Shown: piece after piece, positions 9,770 to 20,123 of the stretch
Layout: the number at the start of each line of letters is the position of its first letter
How positions within the stretch are numbered: position 1 is the stretch's first letter
Virus record (IMG/VR): IMGVR_UViG_3300013280_000005
Location: 1 to 64,000 of that record
Origin: a virus
Taxonomy: Duplodnaviria > Caudoviricetes
Length of the DNA: 64,000 bases
Reading direction: 5' to 3' (one strand)
The notes under the pieces: generated by a model
What the model saw: only the letters and a program-made list of their open reading frames with translations
Told to the model about the DNA's origin: nothing
Database searches by the model: none
Translations under genes and position numbers: made by a program

Positions 9770-11014
9770 CTACGCCGGAAGTAGGCTACCAAATGTTTCA
9801 CCAACAGATACCTTCACACTCATACCATCCACCTCAAATATGTTACGTATCTCCGCAATAAGATGCGTTTCATCCCTAGGGATGTCAAATATAAAGGCAT
9901 CATAGATATACATGCAAAATTTACTTCTGTAAGCAGTCGTCTGGGCTGTAGATTTCAGGAACTTGTAAATTTTACCGATAACTTGAATATTGTACTCAGT
10001 TTCTAACGATTGAAGATAATAGTTAAATAGCTTATACGGAGTAATGTCATCTATATGCCTAAATCGTTTCCCATAAAAATGAGAACCAATAAACCCATTT
10101 CTAATGTATTGTTCGTAGAGAGACGACACCATTGATCTAACGAGAGTGAAGAATGGGTGATGTGATAGCTCGGTCTTAGCCCCATTACCATATAGCTCTA
10201 TGAAAACCTTAGACTTAACTTCATCGTAGGTAATAGCTTGTCCAGTATATTGAATTAGCTCGTTGTAGGGATGGTCTGACCATTGGAAGTTAAGGATATT
10301 AGAAAGTAGCTTAACATGGAAGGCATCAAAATCATATTGTACTAGTAGACCATCTTCAAATGTAGATGTGATTGAATTTCTAATACCAGTCTTCTTATTA
10401 AGGGCGGAGAAGTTAATTCCATCACACGCATTGCTAGGTCTACTAGTTAGAGTATACCACATGTAATTCTGTAGTCTAGGTTGTGAGTTCATAATAACAT
10501 GCGTCATATCCAAAGAATGAAACGTATTACAAAAGTCGTTGCAATAGTTTTTACATTCATCGGTCACCACATTTGATTCATAAATTGGAATGACGGCAGA
10601 TGTTATCTCGGAACACAATAACTCGTGTATTGACAGCGGTATTATTTGACCCAAAATAGGTGACCCCCTAAAACTGTTGAATTGTTTTATATGCAACCCA
10701 TCGTAGATGGTATTAAAGTCAACTATCTCCTCATCAAAGTAATGAAGAAAGCTATTAAGATCAATGCCTATATCCTTTCCATTTGAAAGAAATACTTTCT
10801 TGTTATATACCAGCGAGTTGGAGGTGACCACAAAGTCGTCAAAACTAACATTAGAAGATAAACCATCTTGGTGCCTGAAGTTGATCAGTGCTTCCGAGCC
10901 GTCTATATACCGAATAAAAACGGCTAGAACCTCACCTACAGAATGATGATAGTGATGATTAGCTAGAATTGGTATACAGATACAATCAAGGTCCGGCTTA
11001 TAGCTTGGTATCAT
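9770..11014 (-). CDS. Divergent/truncated family A DNA polymerase-like protein
   Basis: TSRPS, motif A-like YDFDAFHVKLL, motif B-like EVKSKVFIELYG, NYYLQSLETE, motif C-like YIYDAFIFD. Confidence 0.75.
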   Translation of the reverse strand: MIPSYKPDLDCICIPILANHHYHHSVGEVLAVFIRYIDGSEALINFRHQDGLSSNVSFDDFVVTSNSLVYNKKVFLSNGKDIGIDLNSFLHYFDEEIVDFNTIYDGLHIKQFNSFRGSPILGQIIPLSIHELLCSEITSAVIPIYESNVVTDECKNYCNDFCNTFHSLDMTHVIMNSQPRLQNYMWYTLTSRPSNACDGINFSALNKKTGIRNSITSTFEDGLLVQYDFDAFHVKLLSNILNFQWSDHPYNELIQYTGQAITYDEVKSKVFIELYGNGAKTELSHHPFFTLVRSMVSSLYEQYIRNGFIGSHFYGKRFRHIDDITPYKLFNYYLQSLETEYNIQVIGKIYKFLKSTAQTTAYRSKFCMYIYDAFIFDIPRDETHLIAEIRNIFEVDGMSVKVSVGETFGSLLPA

Positions 11015-11660
11015 ACTTGGAGAACTGCCGCAGATTCGTTAATAACTTACCAAATATAGGAAATTTTTTCGATATCGCAAAGACAATTCTCTGATTCGTA
11101 CTAACCACCCCCGGAATAACTACAATTCCATCACGTAGAATGTCAAACTCAGGGCCTTCTATCTTCCAGTTAATAGTAACAAGTTCGTATAAATACTGAT
11201 TTATACCATGATTTAGTATCCCGTACGTATCAGCTTGCTTTTTATCAATCTCAATGGGTAACTTCTCATTAGGCTCATTCCTCTTTACTAGAAAATACCT
11301 AAGCATAATACCATCTGAGTTCTCAATTGGGCTGACTTTTCTCAATACAGCACGTGGAGCAGTGTATCTATCTAGTTTAATAGATCCGTAAATCTCAGTC
11401 TTTGATCCGTTAACAATGTCATAGTTTACTAAATCAATGTACTTGAAGTATTCAGGGCTTTTTCGTTTGAATGGAACTAAAGGTTTAGACTTGGTAGGAT
11501 GCCAATCTGGTTCCGTAAACACCTCACCCGTGGAAGAATATGAATGATAATAACCCTTGTATTCTTCCCACGTTTCTAGCAACATCCACTCTTCACCTGA
11601 CGTGAAGAGGCTCTTGTTTATTTGCGTATCTGGATAATATATTCGTTTACGATTTGCCAT
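10998..11660 (-). CDS. Hypothetical protein (baseplate region)
   Basis: 220-aa ORF in the baseplate operon. Confidence 0.7.
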   Translation of the reverse strand: MANRKRIYYPDTQINKSLFTSGEEWMLLETWEEYKGYYHSYSSTGEVFTEPDWHPTKSKPLVPFKRKSPEYFKYIDLVNYDIVNGSKTEIYGSIKLDRYTAPRAVLRKVSPIENSDGIMLRYFLVKRNEPNEKLPIEIDKKQADTYGILNHGINQYLYELVTINWKIEGPEFDILRDGIVVIPGVVSTNQRIVFAISKKFPIFGKLLTNLRQFSKYDTKL

Positions 11661-11672
11661 ATTATTACGTCG

Positions 11673-13736
11673 TTATTTAGGAGATACTGGCGGACTCTTA
11701 CCCATATTAATTCTAGACTTGGTTTCCAACTTAGTCTCCCACACACCGTCTCGTATAGTATGAGACACTTTCGTTATGCAAAATACCATATCAACCTCTT
11801 CAAGGTTATAAGTAGATGGGATCAAGTTGATTTTAATAATGTCGCCAAATTTAAAACCATTGATACCATCAATCGTTAGAGTCAAATCAACTGGATATAT
11901 TGCGCGGTTCAACCAGTGCCCACCAGAGCCAGCCGCGCCTCCTTGGGCTGCACGTTTATATTTCGCATAGTTACCCTTAAGATCGGTAGTAAATTTATCA
12001 GACGCCCCCGTTGACGCAAACGAATCCTTCACCTTATTGATAGCATCTAGAGCTTCATCATATTGTTTCTTGAATTTATCTTCATCAATCTCTTTATTCT
12101 GGGCTGTTCTAACATCACCTTGTTGCGGCCCTAATCCCTTACCAGACTTACTAGCTCTAGCCTCAGCGTAGGCCGCCGTTGCCGCTGGGCCAGGTGGCTT
12201 ACTTGATATTGAAACCGACTTGATTATTGGTTTGGCTATGGATGAATTAAACTCATACGGCGTGACCTCTTCAACTGCTGACCTAGATAAGTTGTTGTCT
12301 TCTATGGAAAGAATGGCTTTACTAGCACCAGTCCTAGGGGATTTCATCCCGCCCTTAGTACCACCTTGTAACTGCTCAGGCTCAAGTAATCGACATGAAA
12401 GCTGATAGGTTTCGCCTGATGCGTAATTGATTTTACTAATTATCGTTTCAAAAAATTTGGTTATATTCTTAAACTCAATATTTGTTTGGTTGTCCTTGAC
12501 AAATTGCCTATATGACTCTATTATCGTAGTTGTAGAAATCAGAATATTACCTATGTTTATAGTATTTGAATCAAGTTGAGTAGTGCCGTCCGAGTCCATG
12601 GTCAATAAAGGTTCAGTCTTAAATGGTATGAAGTTCCCGTACTTACCCATAGTCGGGTCGGGGAAAAATACTTGCTCGGGTGCACATGAAACTATGTCGG
12701 GTAGATGTTCTGTCTGATTTCCATTACATACTACATAGAATAGATCAGATACTCCGAGAACTCCACCTTCCTCAGACTTCCTAATCAACCCGTTTACCAA
12801 TTCTGTTAAATCTCCGAGTTTTATGTAATACGTAGGTTCAATAACTGGTGGCGGCGTTGACTTATCAGAGTTAGCATCTGTGCCTTGTGCATCCTTATCA
12901 GACTTGGGTAATCCTATGACAAAATACTGTAAACCATTTGGATTAAGTTTTTTACCACTTTCGGTTTGATCTCTACCGTAGAATCTCTTCTGCCCCAAAG
13001 ACATACTAACACTACCACCCTTATTCAACTCGGCAATATCTTTCTCAATCAGTCCCGCTATGTCACCATCTGGAACTGGCTTATTCAAAGGGTCTTCGGT
13101 CTCTGTATCGGATTCTGGATTTGTCTGTTCACCAGATACTCCAATTGCAATTGTAGCTTTTGAAACTACAGAACATGTTGCAGTTATTGACAAATCACCG
13201 TTAACCGACCAATCAAAGTTATAGATTATACCTCGTAGCTCTCCGTAGTTGGCTTTCTTATTAGCAGCTTTCGCCGACCATCCCCATCTAATAGTAACTT
13301 CTCTACCGGGTTTAAAGTAGGCTTCCTCTAAATCAGCCATCTTAAATCCTTGTTTGGTAATGTCTGGATATACGGTGAACGTAAACTTTCCTTTGAGCAA
13401 TGAACCGATTGTACCCTCGTTTGAAATCTCAACACTCTGAAGCAGTGGGTATTTTGGTTGATTGCGCGTTGAGTCGTATAGGGTCAACTCACCTTTACGA
13501 TTTGACATTATCTTTGAAAATGCCATACCTAACGATGGCCCCTTCTCTGGAATTATCTGAGCGAATGCAACCTTTTGGTATGCCCATACCAAATCATTAG
13601 GGAACTTCTCGGCCTGCTTGCGTGTTGACCTAACACGTGCACCGTATATCCGAGAGCGTTCATTTAATTCAGCACTAACCTCTTTGTCTACCTCTTGATA
13701 GAACGGATTTACATAACCACCTTCAATTTTAGGCAT
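11673..13736 (-). CDS. Probable baseplate hub protein
   Basis: C-terminal LTLTIDGINGFKFGD...ITKVSHTIRDGVWETKL typical of gp27/gpD-like hubs; follows the LysM/tail-X gene. Confidence 0.65.
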   Translation of the reverse strand: MPKIEGGYVNPFYQEVDKEVSAELNERSRIYGARVRSTRKQAEKFPNDLVWAYQKVAFAQIIPEKGPSLGMAFSKIMSNRKGELTLYDSTRNQPKYPLLQSVEISNEGTIGSLLKGKFTFTVYPDITKQGFKMADLEEAYFKPGREVTIRWGWSAKAANKKANYGELRGIIYNFDWSVNGDLSITATCSVVSKATIAIGVSGEQTNPESDTETEDPLNKPVPDGDIAGLIEKDIAELNKGGSVSMSLGQKRFYGRDQTESGKKLNPNGLQYFVIGLPKSDKDAQGTDANSDKSTPPPVIEPTYYIKLGDLTELVNGLIRKSEEGGVLGVSDLFYVVCNGNQTEHLPDIVSCAPEQVFFPDPTMGKYGNFIPFKTEPLLTMDSDGTTQLDSNTINIGNILISTTTIIESYRQFVKDNQTNIEFKNITKFFETIISKINYASGETYQLSCRLLEPEQLQGGTKGGMKSPRTGASKAILSIEDNNLSRSAVEEVTPYEFNSSIAKPIIKSVSISSKPPGPAATAAYAEARASKSGKGLGPQQGDVRTAQNKEIDEDKFKKQYDEALDAINKVKDSFASTGASDKFTTDLKGNYAKYKRAAQGGAAGSGGHWLNRAIYPVDLTLTIDGINGFKFGDIIKINLIPSTYNLEEVDMVFCITKVSHTIRDGVWETKLETKSRINMGKSPPVSPK

Positions 13737-13738
13737 AC

Positions 13739-14080
13739 TTACCTCCTATTGTTTCGTTCTTCGATCATAGCAGATATAGGGGCATAGTCATCGTAGTAAG
13801 GTATGCGTATAACCACGCCAGGCGGAACTGCTAAAGTCCCCTTACCTAAGTTATTAACAGATGCTATCAGATGCCAAAATGTTTCATCACCATAGAATTC
13901 CTTCGCAAGTAAATCAAGTCTATCTCCATCTTGAGAAATCAAATAGGTATCATCTGCGAATAGTTCATCAAATTTAGGATAGATTGTAGTCTCAAGTCGC
14001 CGAACGGTATGTTCAACGCCATCACTGTCAACTTTTCTAGCGTTCGGTATAACTTTGGCGTTATCGTATCTAGATGCCAT
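13739..14080 (-). CDS. LysM/tail-X-like baseplate protein (gp53-like)
   Basis: GDRLDLLAKEFYGDETFWHLIASVN...PPGVVIRIP. Confidence 0.85.
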   Translation of the reverse strand: MASRYDNAKVIPNARKVDSDGVEHTVRRLETTIYPKFDELFADDTYLISQDGDRLDLLAKEFYGDETFWHLIASVNNLGKGTLAVPPGVVIRIPYYDDYAPISAMIEERNNRR

Positions 14081-14091
14081 AATAAATTTCC

Positions 14092-17000
14092 TTACGTAAT
14101 GTATTTAACTTCTTGTTCCGGCTTCTCATCATATGGAGTACGTGTCTTACCATCCAAATCATAACCAGAGTAGATAACTGGTTCACCTTCAAGATCATCA
14201 AATTCGCTGAAATAATTCACCTTATTCTTGCCAGTTGGTATTAGTCCAGACTCTATTCCAGTACTACCAGCACCGCTTGTATCGTCAAATAGACTATACA
14301 TAACACCTCTAAACTCAGGGCGGTATACACCAACCGGAACAAATCCGACAGACACATTTATCTGCTTTGGTAACTGGAGAACACCTGGATTAGATAGTGC
14401 CTTCGTCTCGCTGTTATTGAGATTCATGTCTTCTGGTAATTTAGCCGTTTCCCACGTTGTCTGTGTATTATCAAACGTATACGATAATGTTGATATGTAT
14501 CCTGGCATCTTGCGATACAAGTGACCGATGTTCAATCGAATCATAGGACCTCTCATTTGCCCACTCTTTAAATATTCAGGAGCAGTCCATGAGGCTAAAT
14601 AGTTCAACTTTCTCCAAGTAGCTTTCATCTCATCGCGAGAGCCAATATGAACTGTGAAATCAAACGAAATTTCACGCTCATATCCTTGATAAACATACAA
14701 CGGATCAGCTCGACCCATGTATTTAACAGCGTTCCACGATGGGTTATGAGAATCAGTTATATTACCAAATGTCGATCTAAAGACGATAACTTCTGCTGGA
14801 CAATTGTTGTGACCAGACAATACTAAGCTACTAAAGTAGAATTCTATAAGGTCATCAGTACCTTTAATCCCATCAGTGTATGGTGCCTTTTCGTAAACTA
14901 AATTGGTATTTATGTTGAAGTTAGCTCGTTTGTAGTCAATGATATTGATTCTATCACCTCTGAATTTGGTTTTCTTACCAGCGACTTCCTTCTCAACTGC
15001 AACAGCATAATCTCTAAACTCCTTCGGACCTGATGCATTAAACGCAGTCTTATTGTCATACTTCTTATGCATTACACTTGAAATAAACGGAAGATCGCGC
15101 TGTTGTCCAGGATCACCTTGGAATCCAAATCCATATCGTTCTTCCAAGTTACGAGTGTCATATCTAGCTGCATCTGGGTTGGTTATGAATGATTTAGTCT
15201 TATCGTCCAACGTAATTGAACCTCTAAAGTCATTGTAATAACGATTACCCCGTCTTTCGTTTCTCTTTAGCGAATCGTAGTTAGAAGTCCTATATTGCTT
15301 TATCGGATCATCTACGTCAGCTATTAGTGGATTAGGCCCGTCCGCAACTCTAGCATCTGATACTACGCCCGTCTGTTTCTTGAATTTATCAGCCGGAGAT
15401 GGGTACTTCAAATCAAACGGATTATACTTTGCAATACGATCAATGGTTTGATCTTGAATGTCTATCTCTGTCTTATCATATGTCGTTGCAACTTCGTTCT
15501 TTATTCGTGGACCATCTTTCAGGTGATACAATAATTTACGTAAATCCTTTTCTCCCAAATTGTTTACATCTTGTTCTCCATAAGTTTTCTTAGGAGCAAA
15601 ATACACATCCCGACGAAAGGCTTCATCCGTAGCACCCATTGACGCCGGATTCCTTAGCAATTCACCTGGAGACGTATTATAAATTATACCACGATTTGTT
15701 GACCGACGTATTGTAGTAGGACCAATGCCTAGATAGGATTGCGGGCCGCCATGTGAAGACGATATACGTATGATACCATCAATGCCTAGTAATCTCTTCG
15801 CATAACTCTCAATAGCGGATGCCGCTGATGATCCGACTACACTAGACAATACAGACCCCAATTCAGTCGAAGGTATGTTCCTGTTTGATTTCACAATCGG
15901 GCTGAATGATTCGGGTAGTAATTCCTTCTGAAGCATGAGCAATCTAGATTGTGTCCCCTGCCTAGACATTGGAGTAGGTATGTCAACTCTATCAAATGAA
16001 TTATAATCTGGGCTACTAAGATTAAGTGATCGTTCACGTGATAATGTTGTAGACTCATACTTATTTAGAAATACATCAGATGTCGGTAACAACCCATGAC
16101 GTGCGATGTGAATTCCAGCAACTGCCGACCCTACGTTTGCAATTGTACTAAGTGGATTGAATACACGAGTTGCTTGGATTCCAAGAACCTCACTAGCAGG
16201 GTTTCTAGGATCAGAATCCACGTATGGATTCATCAACTGCAACCCTATTTGCTTAGCGTTCCATAATAATCCCTTCGCCGAACTTAACCACTTTCCAATA
16301 CGCTGAACATCAAATATTCCTCGTTCTGTTCTAGTTACTATCCCACCGCGAACTACGCCTTCATCAAATCCACCTAGTATCCCACCCCAACGTTCCGGTT
16401 CAACCGATCCTTCGGATTGGATACCTCGTAAGACGAATGGTTGTGACCAAATTGGGTCTGAATTATATGAATCAGTTCGTAGATTAAACTTGTTGTATTG
16501 CTCATCTATAGGTGACGGTGAACGTCTAGTTATAGCCCACTTCGTTAGATATCCTAAATTATCAGTTGAGTTCTTTAGCGTTTGCTCATACTTTGCTTGA
16601 TACGAACCAGCTCTAGCGTTTATCTTACTTTCTGGAACTTGATTCTCAAGCGTTGCAAATAACGATCCGTCTGACCAAGGACGCTTACCTAACGAGTTAG
16701 GAGCGTATTTAGCAACATCTCTAGTAGACATTCGTTTGCGCTGTGATCTAGCAGATTCAACATCATATCTGCGATCAGGCTCGTCGTCAAATCTAAGCGT
16801 CGGATCAATTATAGGGTATAAAGTACCATCGTGCATCGTCATATTCACCATGAAACCAGTTCTCTCCGACGGGGTGAATCCGAAGAAGTTAGTGTATGGT
16901 ATACCGCCCTTACGTGTTTTACGTGAAGCACCTTCAAATGAAAATGCCGAATATGCTGGACTCAACTTAGTTTGCGACTTATCATTGAAGAGTTTATTAA

Positions 17001-20000
17001 ATCCAGTTATCTTCTCCGCCCCATTTATTCCGAAGTAGTTAACTTCTGGAGCATTTTCTCGTGATCCTATCCACGTTAAAGCACTTGAATTTATTACATA
17101 ACGAGAAAGCATCAATGGTGAGAATGTATCAAACCCACGAGCCGAATCATTTGGTAGAAAATCAACTGAAGGTGCTACTCTAGACGATCCTTTGAACGTA
17201 AATCTAGACGATTCGTGAACATAACGAGTAACCAACGGCTCAGCGAATGTATTAAATCCAAATGCGTTTTGATCACTAAACATGTTTACTGCTGGTGCAG
17301 AATTTGAAGAACCCTTAAACGTAAATTGGCTAGAATCGTGGACATATTTTGAATCATACAACTGTATTTGATTCTCAAATCCAAATGCGTTTTGATTACC
17401 GAAGTAATCTACGGGAGATGGCAACGTTCCTTTAAATGTCAATGTCGACGATTCGTGCGCATATTCAGTCAAGAAATGCTGTGCGAATTTCGTGAATCCA
17501 GTTGCATTTGCATTAGTAAAGAAGTTAACTTCGGGAGCAGCTTGACGACTACCATCCCAATCAAACTGGGATGACTCTGGAATATACTTCGAATCGTATA
17601 ATTGTGCTAGACGGTGAAATCCTTTACTAGTGTATCTACCTTCCAAGTCAAAGTAATTGACTTCTGGAGAGGAGTATTTAGAACCATCCCAATCAAACTC
17701 AGATGATTCGTGTACATATTTCGTATCAAGCAATTCTGCAAATGAGTGGAAACCAACAGTAGTATGCTTACCAGTTAAATCAAAATAATTTACTGTCGGC
17801 GCATCTTGGCGAGAACCATCCCAATCAAACTCAGATGATTCGTGTACATATTTCGTATCAAGCATACGGGCAAACGTATGAAACCCATCTGTAGTGTTCT
17901 TTCCTGTCAAGTCAAAATAGTTCACCGATGGAGCTTGTTCACGTGATCCATCCCAATCAAATATAGACGATTCGTGTACATACTTCGTGTCAAGCATTTG
18001 GGCAAAGGTGTGAAAGCCTACAGTCGTATTCCTACCCGTTAGATCGAAATAGTTTACCGAAGGAGCGTCTAGACGTTGGCCGTCCCAATCAAAAATTGAC
18101 GACTCATGAACATACTTCGTATCAAGCATTTGAGCGAATGTATGAAACCCAACTGTGGTGTTCCTACCCGTTAGATCAAAATAGTTTATAGCCGGAGCTT
18201 GTTCACGTGATCCATCCCAATCAAATATAGATGATTCATGAATATACTTAGTGTCCAACATCTGCGCAAACGTATGAAATCCGGTTGTCGTATTGCGCCC
18301 AGTCAAGTCAAAATAGTTCACCGCTGGTGCCTGCTCTCTATCCCCATCCCAATCGAATACGGAAGACCCTAAGATATACTTAGTATCTAGCATCTGAGCA
18401 AACGTATGGAAACCATCAGTAGAGTAGATGTTGGATACATCAAAATAGTTCACCGACGGAGCTTGCTTACGACTACCATCCCAATCTAAACGTGACGATC
18501 CTAGAATATATTTTGTATCTAGCATACGTGCGAACGTATGAAATCCATCAGTGGAGTTTTGTCCTATAGCATCAAAATAGTTTACTGCGGGTGGATTTGT
18601 GCCGATCCAAGTAAACAAAGAGCTATCATGCTTATAGTCTGTTTGTAATGGCCTAGTGAACAACTCAAAGCCGCGACTACTATGAAACTTCAATACATCA
18701 AAATAGTTTACACCCGAAGGTTTCTTAAATGTATATGCGGAAGCATCTGGTATATACTTTGTCTCTAAGTGAAGAGTGAATGTGTCAAACCCACTGCTAG
18801 CATATTTCTTTGCAACATCAAAGAAGTCACCGCCAGTTGGCTTAGTAAACCCAAGTACACTACTTCCATTGACATATTTAGTATCTAAAAGTTGCTGACG
18901 GATTGTAAACCCATCTGCGTTAGTATTGAGGAAGTAGTCCGCATTCGTTGGCGTATCTACCCAAGTGAACGCACTTTGACCCGTGTAATTAGTTTCTCCA
19001 ACTTGCTGTCTAGTTACAAATCCAGACGCAAACTCGTTAGAAAAGAAATCAACTTCTTGTGTACCGACGATAGATAACTTACTACGGGTTGAAGATTCAA
19101 ATCTACCACTAATCAATCCAGACGTAATAGTGTCTGCGTTTAATTCACTATGATCTACAGTTAACGCATTTGACGGTAAGTATGTATTCGGAACTATTGA
19201 ATGTGGTAAGTCAACCGTTCTAAGTACATCACGCTGAAATTGTATCGGAGAACCGAACAAATCAAATTCAGACACGGCTGTTAGATGAATGTCATTATAC
19301 GACACCCTTACTATCTTAACGTCTGGATTGACAATTAAATTTTGTTGTATGGAATTTTTATCAATTACCGGACTTTGCTTTTCACGGTCTAATGTCTGAG
19401 ATGGTGCTGTTATCCCTATGTTCGGATCAACTATATTGCCAAATGGTAGTCGTTCTTTATTGATAACAACAGTCTGATTCAAATTCGCAACGGTTGTCCG
19501 TATAATTGGTATATCTGGTATTGTAACACCAGTAGATTCCACCTTAGTAACGGCAGTGGTAAACAAAATTTTGTTATCGGTCTGTACAAACCCAACGGGC
19601 GATACTACAGACTGATGTTCAATTGGTGATGACGTCTGATCTATTACCACTGGCGATTCAAGATTAAACGTTCCGTTTGTCGCCTTGTTAATAATCGTAT
19701 TTGAGAAATTTAACTTACTGTCAGTACTGAATTTTGTTATCTTCGGTAAGTTCTTAGCAACAGACTCAATTGACGTCACGTTGACATTGGTCAGATCGCG
19801 TGTGGAATTCTTAGGACTAAACTCTGAAACTGAATTGATCAGAACATCATCGTTTACCATCTTCACCGTGGAGCTTACATTACGCATCATTGCCACATGA
19901 TCAACTGGTTTCTGACGGATGATCGGAATGGAAAACTGCGATAGCTTTTCTGTTATCGGCTGAACGGTTGCAAAGTTTTTTTCGTTGGTTGCTTTAGACG

Positions 20001-20076
20001 CTTCTGGAAAATTCTCTTCACGACGAACAGTTGAACGATAACGAGATAGATCAGATGAAAGATCAAGTAAACTCAT
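14092..20076 (-). CDS. Giant tail/baseplate protein with 44-aa repeats and a C-terminal tube-initiator-like domain
   Basis: C-terminal WNAVKYMGRADPLYVYQGYEREISFDF...PGYISTLSYTFD resembles CIS-tube/gp48-54-like domains; between tape measure and LysM genes. Confidence 0.7.
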   Translation of the reverse strand: MSLLDLSSDLSRYRSTVRREENFPEASKATNEKNFATVQPITEKLSQFSIPIIRQKPVDHVAMMRNVSSTVKMVNDDVLINSVSEFSPKNSTRDLTNVNVTSIESVAKNLPKITKFSTDSKLNFSNTIINKATNGTFNLESPVVIDQTSSPIEHQSVVSPVGFVQTDNKILFTTAVTKVESTGVTIPDIPIIRTTVANLNQTVVINKERLPFGNIVDPNIGITAPSQTLDREKQSPVIDKNSIQQNLIVNPDVKIVRVSYNDIHLTAVSEFDLFGSPIQFQRDVLRTVDLPHSIVPNTYLPSNALTVDHSELNADTITSGLISGRFESSTRSKLSIVGTQEVDFFSNEFASGFVTRQQVGETNYTGQSAFTWVDTPTNADYFLNTNADGFTIRQQLLDTKYVNGSSVLGFTKPTGGDFFDVAKKYASSGFDTFTLHLETKYIPDASAYTFKKPSGVNYFDVLKFHSSRGFELFTRPLQTDYKHDSSLFTWIGTNPPAVNYFDAIGQNSTDGFHTFARMLDTKYILGSSRLDWDGSRKQAPSVNYFDVSNIYSTDGFHTFAQMLDTKYILGSSVFDWDGDREQAPAVNYFDLTGRNTTTGFHTFAQMLDTKYIHESSIFDWDGSREQAPAINYFDLTGRNTTVGFHTFAQMLDTKYVHESSIFDWDGQRLDAPSVNYFDLTGRNTTVGFHTFAQMLDTKYVHESSIFDWDGSREQAPSVNYFDLTGKNTTDGFHTFARMLDTKYVHESSEFDWDGSRQDAPTVNYFDLTGKHTTVGFHSFAELLDTKYVHESSEFDWDGSKYSSPEVNYFDLEGRYTSKGFHRLAQLYDSKYIPESSQFDWDGSRQAAPEVNFFTNANATGFTKFAQHFLTEYAHESSTLTFKGTLPSPVDYFGNQNAFGFENQIQLYDSKYVHDSSQFTFKGSSNSAPAVNMFSDQNAFGFNTFAEPLVTRYVHESSRFTFKGSSRVAPSVDFLPNDSARGFDTFSPLMLSRYVINSSALTWIGSRENAPEVNYFGINGAEKITGFNKLFNDKSQTKLSPAYSAFSFEGASRKTRKGGIPYTNFFGFTPSERTGFMVNMTMHDGTLYPIIDPTLRFDDEPDRRYDVESARSQRKRMSTRDVAKYAPNSLGKRPWSDGSLFATLENQVPESKINARAGSYQAKYEQTLKNSTDNLGYLTKWAITRRSPSPIDEQYNKFNLRTDSYNSDPIWSQPFVLRGIQSEGSVEPERWGGILGGFDEGVVRGGIVTRTERGIFDVQRIGKWLSSAKGLLWNAKQIGLQLMNPYVDSDPRNPASEVLGIQATRVFNPLSTIANVGSAVAGIHIARHGLLPTSDVFLNKYESTTLSRERSLNLSSPDYNSFDRVDIPTPMSRQGTQSRLLMLQKELLPESFSPIVKSNRNIPSTELGSVLSSVVGSSAASAIESYAKRLLGIDGIIRISSSHGGPQSYLGIGPTTIRRSTNRGIIYNTSPGELLRNPASMGATDEAFRRDVYFAPKKTYGEQDVNNLGEKDLRKLLYHLKDGPRIKNEVATTYDKTEIDIQDQTIDRIAKYNPFDLKYPSPADKFKKQTGVVSDARVADGPNPLIADVDDPIKQYRTSNYDSLKRNERRGNRYYNDFRGSITLDDKTKSFITNPDAARYDTRNLEERYGFGFQGDPGQQRDLPFISSVMHKKYDNKTAFNASGPKEFRDYAVAVEKEVAGKKTKFRGDRINIIDYKRANFNINTNLVYEKAPYTDGIKGTDDLIEFYFSSLVLSGHNNCPAEVIVFRSTFGNITDSHNPSWNAVKYMGRADPLYVYQGYEREISFDFTVHIGSRDEMKATWRKLNYLASWTAPEYLKSGQMRGPMIRLNIGHLYRKMPGYISTLSYTFDNTQTTWETAKLPEDMNLNNSETKALSNPGVLQLPKQINVSVGFVPVGVYRPEFRGVMYSLFDDTSGAGSTGIESGLIPTGKNKVNYFSEFDDLEGEPVIYSGYDLDGKTRTPYDEKPEQEVKYIT
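16900..19060 (-). repeat. Intragenic tandem repeat, 132-nt (44-aa) period
   Basis: ccatcccaatc recurs at 17552, 17684, 17816, 17948, 18212, 18344, 18476; consensus VNYFDLTGRNTTVGFHTFAQMLDTKYVHESSIFDWDGSREQAPS, degenerating at both ends. Confidence 0.9.
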
Positions 20077-20100
20077 TTAACTCTCTTATAGTGTACTACC

Positions 20101-20108
20101 TATAAATA
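20101..20108 (-). promoter_or_regulatory. Late-promoter-like motif
   Basis: TATTTATA on the coding strand 25 nt before ATG 20076. Confidence 0.65.
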
Positions 20109-20123
20109 GGATGGGACTCGGAA

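Noticed and set aside
17500-18600. Regularly spaced DNA repeats as a possible CRISPR array or DGR template/variable repeats
   Set aside because: In-frame 132-nt coding repeats with mainly synonymous variation, no unique spacers, and no cas or reverse transcriptase gene in the window
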